Made by a program: the position numbers and the translations under genes | Shown: piece after piece, positions 57,301-64,000 of the stretch | Layout: each line of letters opens with the position of its first letter | Position numbering within the stretch: position 1 is the stretch's first letter | Notes under the pieces: generated by a model | Told to the model about the DNA's origin: nothing | The model's input: only the letters and a program-made list of their open reading frames with translations | Databases searched by the model: none | IMG/VR virus record: IMGVR_UViG_3300034410_000480 | Span: 1 to 64,000 of that record | DNA: 64,000 nucleotides | Source of the DNA: a virus | Taxonomy: Duplodnaviria; Caudoviricetes | Direction: 5' to 3' (one strand)

Positions 57301-60300
57301 TAAATCTTTCAGATAGAGCATTTGTTGATGATCCTGATGAACCTGTGCTACCTGTTTTTAAAATAATGTTACCACCGGCGCCTGAACCAGTTGAGCTACC
57401 TGCTTCAATATTTAAATTGTTACCTGCAATATTTGTACCTAATGCATTTGCTGTTGCTATCTTTTTTGTATCACCACCTGAAGTATTTTGCTGTGAATTT
57501 GCTAACCAAAGATCACCGTCTGAGTATAATTGGTTAATGTAATTTAATTGCACATATCCGTTAACCATTGATAGGTTAGTTTTGTTAGCACCTGATTCAG
57601 TTTGTAGCGCAATACCATTAGTAAATATTTCATTAGTAATTGTTAGCGCACCTGTCATTGCTACAGTATTGTTAAACGCAACATGGTTATCTGTACTATT
57701 ACCTCTATCAGTTACTGATTGTAAAGTGTCAGTTTCTGATGTAAGAAATCCTGTACCATTATTAAACGAAATAACACCAGTACTACTATCGTAATTAATA
57801 TCGCCAGTTGCACTTATGCCGGATCTAGAAATAAATGCCGAGTCATTATTAAATATGCTGATATTAGCGCCCGATAACGCAACATTAGTTCCGCCTACTG
57901 TTAATCCGCCAAATTCTGCACTATTTGAAGTAGATGACCCTCTACCTGTTACATCATCTAATGTATCAACCTCTGTATATTCAGTTAAGTAACCACTACT
58001 ATTATTGAAACTGATTACACCAGTGCTATTATCATAACTAATGTCACCAGTAGCACTTATTCCTGAGCGTGTAATAAAACCTGTACCGCTATTATCAATA
58101 GAAATTTCACCAGTACCGCTATTATACGAAATACCTGTACCACCGCTTAAACTACTTAAACTAATATAGTTAGAATCATTATTTAATTCTGATACAGCAG
58201 TTGCAATATTTTGATAGGTACTACCATCATTTGTAAATTCCCATTTACCGTTTGATTCGTTCCAGCGCAATGTAACGTTTGCTGATGTGCCTCTTTCAAC
58301 TTCAATACCTGCATTTTCAGTAGGTGAACCTGACACATCACTGTTTAGTGTCATAATATTGTCTGCTATGTTTAATGTAGCAGTATTAATTGTAGTTGTT
58401 GTTCCGCTTACTGTAAGATTTCCAGTAACAGTCATATCACCAACTTGAATATTATTAGAAGTTGTAGCACCTCTACCTGTTACACTATCTAGTGTATCAA
58501 CCTCAGTATATTCTGTAAGGTAACCGCTTGTATTAGAAAAACTTATAACACCGGTGCTATTATCGTAACCTATATCACCTGTACCACTTATTAGACCACG
58601 CACTTCTGCATCGGTGCGTTCAGTAAAGCTAACAACACCTGTACTGCTATTATATGATAAATCTCCTCCAGCACTTATAAGACCACGCACTTCTCCGTCA
58701 GTGCGTTCGGTAAAACTAAATGTACCAGTTGCATTATTATATGACAAATCGCCAGTTACGCTTAAATCTGATAATGTAATAAAATTAGAATCGTTAGTAA
58801 AGTCACTTAAATTACTAGGAGTTGTATAACTAATTACACCTGTTGCATTATTGTATGCAAGATCACCTGCTACACTAATAGAAGTTCTTGCTCTAGCTTG
58901 TGTAAAATATTGATTTGTTGAACCTTCTGATAAATCATCAGTATCTTTTGCAGCAAAGTTTGTATCAAAATCTGTTGCTGTGTAAGGATCTGCAGGTTCC
59001 CAATATTGGTTTGCATTGTCCCAAATAAGTATTTGTCCGTCTGTTGCAGAACTTGTATAATTTACATCTGATAAATCATCTAATGTTGCTGCGGCAATTC
59101 TTGCATCAGCGTCAGCATCTTTATATGTAGTAACGCTAATTACACCTGTACTATTATCGTATGATGCATCACCGCTTGCACTAATTAATCCACGTACTTC
59201 AGCATCAGTACGTTCTGTAAAACTAAATTCACCGCTAGAATTGTTATATGATAAATCTCCTCCAGCACTTAGGTCAGCAAGTTTTATATAACCTGCATTA
59301 TTTGTTAAGTCTCCTAAATCATCAGGAGCAGTGTAGCTTATGACACCTGTGCTATTATCATAGCTTAGATCACCTGCTGCACTAATTAAGCCACGTACTT
59401 CTGCATCTGTTCTTTCAGTAAATGATATAACGCCAGTTGAACTATCATAACTTACATCGCCTAATGCACTTATTGCCGAACGTGCTCTAGTATTTGTAAA
59501 ATATAAATTACTGCCTTCAGACAAATCTGTTGTTGATTTAAGGCCAAACGCAGTATTAAATCTTGCTTGGGTATAATAAAGATTATTGCTACCTTCAGAT
59601 AGATCATCTGTAGTAACACCACTAAGATCTAACTCAGCCCCCAATTGTAAATCAATACGTGCATCTACTCTAGCATCTGTATAGTATAAGTTTGTACCTT
59701 CACTTAGGTCAGTTGTACTATGATTGCTTATGTCGCTAACTGTACCTGTAACATTACCTGTTAAATTGCCTGCAAAATTTGTGCTTGCTGTAATTACAGT
59801 ACCGTTAATAGTTGTAAACGCCCCGGTTGATGTTACTGTACTACCAATAGCTGTACCATCAATGGTGCCACCGTTAACATCTATTGAAGCAAATGTAGAC
59901 GTTCCAGTACTAGTAATATCACCTGTTACATCACCAGTTAGGTTGCCAGTTACATCACCAGTTACATCGCCAGTTAAATTACCAGTTACGTCACCTAATA
60001 GATCTGTATCAAGTGTTTTGTTCATTACAAACTTATCACCTGTCGCAGCATATGTTAAAGTAGCATCAGCTCCGTCTATTGTTATTCCAGAGCCATTTGC
60101 TGCTGCTGCATCGGCTGCGCCATTTGCTAATACTATATTTAAATCTTCAACAGTTAATGTTGCAGTGTTTAATGTAGTAGTTGTACCATTTACAGTTAAA
60201 TTTCCTGATACAATCAAATTGTCATCTACAGTAACATCTGTTCCTGCGCCTGTTGCTGTAATTGTATCTGTTAATATTTTATCTGTTGCTGTAACTGTAT

Positions 60301-60757
60301 TAAATGTAACATCTTGATCAGTTGCAATATTTTGAGCAATACTAAATTCTCCTGTAGTATTGTCGTAGGTAATTCCTGTACCGCCGCTAAGGTCTGTCAG
60401 TGTAATGTAACCAGTGGTGTTGTTAAAACTTATTTGTCCATTTGCACTTTCATATGTAATATCTCCGGTGCCGCTAAACAAGTTACGCACTTGTTGATCA
60501 GTACGTTGTGTAAAACTAATTACACCTGTTGTATTATTATATGTAATGTCACCACTTGCTGAAATGTCAGTAAGTGTAATATAGTTTGCATCGTTAGTCA
60601 GTTCACTTACATTGTCAGCATTTGTTATTACAGTATCACTGCCAATTGTAATTGTATATCCGTTAGCGAATGCAGCGGTATTATTATCAATGTCAACATT
60701 GAAATCGCCCGACCCTACCTGCAGGCCTTTTTTGACCTTAAAATCACTAGTTGCCAT
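54356..60757 (-). CDS. Long repetitive tail fibre (about 2130 aa); start revised to ATG 60757
   Basis: Fibre repeats GNLTV.GTTTT.NT, TTDDLSEG.NLY.T..R, 29-aa FTERTDA..RGLISA.GDLSYD..TGVIS, GQ.L.W....WEP. Confidence 0.85.
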   Translation of the reverse strand: MATSDFKVKKGLQVGSGDFNVDIDNNTAAFANGYTITIGSDTVITNADNVSELTNDANYITLTDISASGDITYNNTTGVISFTQRTDQQVRNLFSGTGDITYESANGQISFNNTTGYITLTDLSGGTGITYDNTTGEFSIAQNIATDQDVTFNTVTATDKILTDTITATGAGTDVTVDDNLIVSGNLTVNGTTTTLNTATLTVEDLNIVLANGAADAAAANGSGITIDGADATLTYAATGDKFVMNKTLDTDLLGDVTGNLTGDVTGDVTGNLTGDVTGDITSTGTSTFASIDVNGGTIDGTAIGSTVTSTGAFTTINGTVITASTNFAGNLTGNVTGTVSDISNHSTTDLSEGTNLYYTDARVDARIDLQLGAELDLSGVTTDDLSEGSNNLYYTQARFNTAFGLKSTTDLSEGSNLYFTNTRARSAISALGDVSYDSSTGVISFTERTDAEVRGLISAAGDLSYDNSTGVISYTAPDDLGDLTNNAGYIKLADLSAGGDLSYNNSSGEFSFTERTDAEVRGLISASGDASYDNSTGVISVTTYKDADADARIAAATLDDLSDVNYTSSATDGQILIWDNANQYWEPADPYTATDFDTNFAAKDTDDLSEGSTNQYFTQARARTSISVAGDLAYNNATGVISYTTPSNLSDFTNDSNFITLSDLSVTGDLSYNNATGTFSFTERTDGEVRGLISAGGDLSYNSSTGVVSFTERTDAEVRGLISGTGDIGYDNSTGVISFSNTSGYLTEYTEVDTLDSVTGRGATTSNNIQVGDMTVTGNLTVSGTTTTINTATLNIADNIMTLNSDVSGSPTENAGIEVERGTSANVTLRWNESNGKWEFTNDGSTYQNIATAVSELNNDSNYISLSSLSGGTGISYNSGTGEISIDNSGTGFITRSGISATGDISYDNSTGVISFNNSSGYLTEYTEVDTLDDVTGRGSSTSNSAEFGGLTVGGTNVALSGANISIFNNDSAFISRSGISATGDINYDSSTGVISFNNGTGFLTSETDTLQSVTDRGNSTDNHVAFNNTVAMTGALTITNEIFTNGIALQTESGANKTNLSMVNGYVQLNYINQLYSDGDLWLANSQQNTSGGDTKKIATANALGTNIAGNNLNIEAGSSTGSGAGGNIILKTGSTGSSGSSTNALSERFKISGSDGKITINAAYALPTSDGTTGQALVTDGSGSTSFGQIAYSAISGTPTLATVATSGSYNDLTDTPASSSDSDIRALFSASGSLSYDNSTGVFSYTERTDATIRGLISASGDLSYDSSTGVISFTQSASPVTSVNTKTGAVVLGTGDISESGSNLYFTQGRARSALSASGDISYDSATGVISFTERTDATIRGLISAGGDLSYDSSTGVISYSERSDATIRGLISGTGDIGYDNSTGVISFSNNSGFITDYTETDTLDSVTDRGATTTNNLTVGGLIVSGDLTVSGTTTTINTATLDVADNIITLNSDVTGTPTENAGVSVNRGVSSAVAIRWNETNDEWEFTNDGANYQVIAVDTGDLTNTAGFITRTGISAGGDLSYDNSTGIMSFTERTDATIRGLISASGDLSYDNATGVMSFSERSDATIRGLISASGDLSYDSATGVISYTERTDATIRGLLSGTGDITYDSGTGQISFNNTSGFITSANITETDTLHSVTSRNATTTNNIAVNDMTVNGNLIVSGTTTTVNSTTINLADNIITLNSDFTTGTPTENAGIEVLRGGSSTVAIRWNETSDKWQYTNDGSSYNNFPVNLSDLNNDLSFLALTDISGTGDISFDQATGVISFNNASGYLTAEADTFGTVTGRGNTTSSAIVVNNSITVQNEIYSQGVALKYSNSANVPQLEIGSDFFRLENHDDFFVESNITLGRAATDATGGATRAISSANGVGTNISGSTIEVIAGTSTGTASSGAIVFKTGSQGQASNNVTNLLQERLRIRGNDGAIEINESYTLPTADGNNGEFLGTDGSGDVTFKQITYSNISGTPSIAQVGLTGNYADLNGAPTNVSHFTNDAGYISATGGGFDGDVTGSIFGDDSTLLVDGVNSVLNTSKLDQAGATNGQALVWNNFTLTWEPGTVDGASIDIILDQIGDIDTTGVQNGDYLRWDSIQGKWLPVAASSSSGISVADAEDASFMAALIMG
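55900..59500 (-). repeat. 87-bp (29-aa) repeat arrays within the long fibre gene (boundaries approximate)
   Basis: CATAACTTAGATCGCCAC recurs exactly at 55984, 56071 and 56158 (period 87); degenerate copies lie near 56600-57050, 58550-58750 and 59150-59480. Confidence 0.9.
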
Positions 60758-60759
60758 CT

Positions 60760-60775
60760 GGTTCACTCTCCCCTA
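60760..60775 (-). repeat. 16-nt leader element, copy 2 (TAGGGGAGAGTGAACC)
   Basis: Identical to 35502..35517. Confidence 0.9.
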
Positions 60776-60791
60776 ATTGGCTTATATATTG

Positions 60792-60799
60792 TATTTATC
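60792..60799 (-). promoter_or_regulatory. Late promoter-like GATAAATA
   Basis: Intergenic, upstream of the 16-nt leader element. Confidence 0.75.
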
Positions 60800-60801
60800 G
60801 G

Positions 60802-63800
60802 TTACAATGTAATCATAGTTTTAGCTACTTTGTAAACCAATGTATTCGCTGTTGACGGTGTTGCCAGCAGCTCAATATTGCCCCCTGAAACTTGTGTGCT
60901 AAATGTTGCAAGTGCCGCACTACCAGTAAACAGAACGGCATATTCTGTTGATTTTACGCCTGCATTATTTGTGCTATCATGTAATATTAACATTTCTTGT
61001 GCTTGATATTCGCCATCTGATGCATTATTAATTTGTATTAAAACTTTTGCAGTTCTAAAGTCTGCCACTGCCCATTCTGCAACTTTAACTGCATTAGTTC
61101 CGCTTGATGTTGTTGTTTCAGTATCTAGTGCTACGTCTTGTACTTGTAAAGGTGCTTTTGGTGTACTAGTTTGTATACCAACTGCATCTGCACTTCCGTC
61201 TAAAAATAACATATGTGTTTGTGCGTTTGATTCTATTCTAAAATCTACACTAGCACCTGCTTCGTTAATAGTTACTGCACCTTCAATATCAGCTCCCTGA
61301 TCAACAGTAAGTGGGTTTTGTACATTTATAACACCTGTACCTGCTGCACGTAATTCTAAATTACTATTAGATACTGTTGTTCCGATATAACTGCTATTGA
61401 TTTCAATATCGCCTACATCTAATCTACCAAATCCTGTTTCAGTTAATTCAGCAGCCATTACTCCGTTAGCAAAAAACTTAATAGTATCGTTGTCTGCACC
61501 TGGACTTGTTTCTGTACTTATAAATGTATCACCGTCTACATCGCCTGTATTCTGTAAACTAATCCAGTTTGCGCCGTCATACCCTTCGTATTGACCTAGT
61601 GTTGTATTATATCTTACATATCCTTGAACAGCAGTAGGCCGCTGTACTGTTGTGCCTACTGGAAATCTAATAGCGTCTGTTGCGTTTATGTCTAAAGTTA
61701 CCTGTGGTGTTAGAGTATTAATTCCTACTCTATGTTCTGTACCGTCAACAAATAATGTATCGGTATCAACTGTAAGTTCGTCTAGATCTAATGCTCCTAG
61801 TGTGATGCTATTTGACCATACCGGAACTGTACCATTACTTTTTAACACATACCCATCAGGTCCAATTCCTAGTTTACTTAAAGAATCACTGTTTAATGAC
61901 AAGGTTGTACCGGCGTATAACAAGTCGCCTTGTGTATATCCTGTTAAGTTTGTACCGCCTTTTGTAATAGGCATTGAGCGTGTGTTATTTTCTGGGTTAA
62001 GATAGTACGAACCTGCCTGTCCATTAAGTGTACTTGCATCTAATTGACCACCATCTGCTGTACTTAAAACACTTATTTCACCGTCAGCTGTAATATCAAA
62101 CTGAGATTTATTAAATGCTGCAACTCCAAAGTTTGTATATGTTACACCACCTGCAGCTGGATCAACTGGATCTACTTGTATTTCAAGTTCACCAAAGTAT
62201 TTTTCTTCTCCGCCTTCTGTTACACTATCGCCAACAATAGATATTGGATTATTGTCTGCAATAGTTATACTACGTACAGTTCTTTTGTATACACCGTCTC
62301 CGTATAATGCTGTGTTTTGATTCGCTGTGCCTGTACCTAGTCTTGTAGTTGAAATAATACCGCTAACAATGTTAGTTGCGTCTATATTCAAACTATTCAA
62401 ACTAGCATAGTTATCTAGATTTTGACTAGATGTGTTTATAGTACCTATAATTTTTACATTTTGTTCACGGAAGTTTGTTGTACCAGAACTAGGTGCAGTT
62501 ATATCAACTACTGATTGTGTTGTACCGTTGACACTTTCAAGTGCATCATTTCTTAAAGTATGCAATGTAAATGAATTTGTTGTTACACTACCTACGAAGT
62601 AAAAATTACCATCTGTTAGTCCCGTAGGAGGAGTTGCAGCAATTATTCTTACACCTGTTCCTGTTGTGTATCCGTGATTTGCTAAAAATATTCTATCACC
62701 TGCAGAACTTACATTACGTAATCTAAATAAATGACTTCCGTTACTACTTGTTCCAAAATTAACTTGACTAGCATCAGAAACATCGTATTTTGTATATACT
62801 TCAAAAGTATCTGCATCAATCCTTTTTGCAAAATATACTACACCATTTTCTAATCCGCCGATTTCAGTATTGCCGTTTGCACTATATTCAATTGGATCAC
62901 CATTAACTAACCCGTGAGCTGTAATAATAATTTGATTGTCTGTATAATCGATTTCGTTATCTACAGCATTTGCGCTAAACGTTGTCGTAGTAAAGCCTGC
63001 TTGATTTATATTTTGCGTAGTTGCATTGTTGTCCTCGATAAATTCGTTTGTTGTTACACTTGCATCAAATTTAACATTGTTACCAGTAAGGTCAACATAT
63101 AATCTATTTTCAACTGATTGTACATCAACTGTAAATGCACTACCTCCAGATCTTCCACCTAGATCAGAATCAGCTGCACTTAAAGTATCACCTGCAGAGT
63201 AATTTTCACCACCCCTAGTCAAATCAACAACAGTTACAGTACCAGTTCCGTCAACTGTAATATCAGCTTTTGCGCCGCTACCTGTACCGCCTGTCAATGT
63301 TACATTAGTATAAGTACCTGCTGTACCGTATCCGCTTCCGCTAGGTAAGGTGTTTGTGTTTGTAAATGTAGCAACACCTTCTCTGTAATCTGTAATTGTA
63401 CCTTCTGCTAATGTATTAGCACCTTTGATATCTGTACCGGTAACAAAATTATGTACAGTGCTATCATCAGGATCGTCAATAATTAAAAACTGACTTTCGC
63501 TATCGTCTGAAAGGAAATAATTATCTTGGGCATCAACACTTCCTGTTGTTGAAGCTACATAAGTTGATAGCGCACCTGTTGTACTACCTGACAATGTATC
63601 AGCTGCATTGGTTGTAAATGTTCCAGTTACATTAACGAGCGTAAGTTCTGTAGCACTAGATATTGCTGCTTTTACTTCACCAGTTGCGCCACTATTAAGC
63701 TGAGTTACTGTTTCTCCTTTTACAAGAGATTTAGCAGCATTTAGTGTAAGTACTTCTTGAGCATATGCCTCGATAATATTATCACCTGATAAAACTTCAT

Positions 63801-64000
63801 CGGCAGGAATATTTTCAAATAATGTTAATCTTTCTTCAAATTTATCTAAAGTAAAACTACTGTTTGTTCTAATTGGTGGAATTAAATCACTATTAATTTT
63901 ACCACTACTATTAAGTTGTACAACAGCACCTGGCACACTAGATGATGTAACTTGCTTGTCAAGGAAATCACCTAGTCTATTGTTCATAAACGAACGTTGT
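60802..64000 (-). CDS. Large tail fibre / structural protein, C-terminal part; frame stays open past the right edge
   Basis: Upstream of the ORF-track Met the frame reads Q-R-S-F with no stop; GSGY..GTY..V.LTGG.G.GA.A.I.V, two HG...G..(I/V) modules, PVGTT.QRP....G..RYN....YEGY.G..W. Confidence 0.8.
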   Translation of the reverse strand, partial: QRSFMNNRLGDFLDKQVTSSSVPGAVVQLNSSGKINSDLIPPIRTNSSFTLDKFEERLTLFENIPADEVLSGDNIIEAYAQEVLTLNAAKSLVKGETVTQLNSGATGEVKAAISSATELTLVNVTGTFTTNAADTLSGSTTGALSTYVASTTGSVDAQDNYFLSDDSESQFLIIDDPDDSTVHNFVTGTDIKGANTLAEGTITDYREGVATFTNTNTLPSGSGYGTAGTYTNVTLTGGTGSGAKADITVDGTGTVTVVDLTRGGENYSAGDTLSAADSDLGGRSGGSAFTVDVQSVENRLYVDLTGNNVKFDASVTTNEFIEDNNATTQNINQAGFTTTTFSANAVDNEIDYTDNQIIITAHGLVNGDPIEYSANGNTEIGGLENGVVYFAKRIDADTFEVYTKYDVSDASQVNFGTSSNGSHLFRLRNVSSAGDRIFLANHGYTTGTGVRIIAATPPTGLTDGNFYFVGSVTTNSFTLHTLRNDALESVNGTTQSVVDITAPSSGTTNFREQNVKIIGTINTSSQNLDNYASLNSLNIDATNIVSGIISTTRLGTGTANQNTALYGDGVYKRTVRSITIADNNPISIVGDSVTEGGEEKYFGELEIQVDPVDPAAGGVTYTNFGVAAFNKSQFDITADGEISVLSTADGGQLDASTLNGQAGSYYLNPENNTRSMPITKGGTNLTGYTQGDLLYAGTTLSLNSDSLSKLGIGPDGYVLKSNGTVPVWSNSITLGALDLDELTVDTDTLFVDGTEHRVGINTLTPQVTLDINATDAIRFPVGTTVQRPTAVQGYVRYNTTLGQYEGYDGANWISLQNTGDVDGDTFISTETSPGADNDTIKFFANGVMAAELTETGFGRLDVGDIEINSSYIGTTVSNSNLELRAAGTGVINVQNPLTVDQGADIEGAVTINEAGASVDFRIESNAQTHMLFLDGSADAVGIQTSTPKAPLQVQDVALDTETTTSSGTNAVKVAEWAVADFRTAKVLIQINNASDGEYQAQEMLILHDSTNNAGVKSTEYAVLFTGSAALATFSTQVSGGNIELLATPSTANTLVYKVAKTMITL

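Noticed and set aside
55900-59500. Regularly spaced repeats as a possible CRISPR array
   Set aside because: The period is 87 nt and in frame, the intervening sequences are homologous to each other, and variation falls mostly at synonymous positions; no cas genes.
9977-60766. ORF-track starts at 9991, 14975, 35508, 50848 and 60766
   Set aside because: SD position, late-box position or TAATG coupling favour 9976, 15017, 35499, 50833 and 60757.
492-63102. Numerous short opposite-strand ORFs in the track (e.g. 492..764, 7013..7600, 31043..31666, 59724..60317)
   Set aside because: They are antisense shadows of long genes with biased codon use; they lack SD, promoter or recognisable motifs.
1-64000. 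tRNA, rRNA, introns or inteins
   Set aside because: Intergenic gaps are almost all under about 110 nt with no cloverleaf seen; no split genes or intein motifs were noticed. A covariance-model search was not run.

Overview
This AT-rich window is the virion-morphogenesis region of a large T4-related contractile-tailed phage (myovirus). The protein families look like those of aquatic or marine phages, but the host cannot be determined. From left to right: a partial large terminase, two probable internal-head proteins, a small terminase-like gene, gp4 head-completion nuclease, tail tube and sheath, gp13/gp14/gp15 neck genes, a NUDIX hydrolase, and a sigma70-driven ADP-heptose cassette (HldE, HldD, cupin). 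About 48 kb of minus-strand tail and fibre genes follow. Transcription is organised by a T4-like late promoter, (G/C/A)TAAATA, found about 16 times, often fused to the upstream stop codon or directly abutting an ATG (leaderless). The best candidate for an undescribed system is a block inside the tail region: three paralogous ~245-aa proteins with ~23-24 Cys each, two tail-fibre-chaperone-like proteins, a GT9 heptosyltransferase-like enzyme whose catalytic Asp is replaced by Arg, and a NodU/CmcH carbamoyltransferase. The two enzyme genes sit behind a hairpin that hides the ribosome-binding site and carries a late promoter. With the HldE/HldD cassette, this suggests phage-encoded heptosylation and carbamoylation of virion tips. 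Other signals are type-1-copper-like H...CxxHxxM motifs in three tail proteins, a 16-nt leader shared by two giant fibre genes 25 kb apart, two parallel adaptor-plus-three-tips fibre modules, and nested or tandem repeats. All assignments come from reading motifs by eye; no database searches were run.
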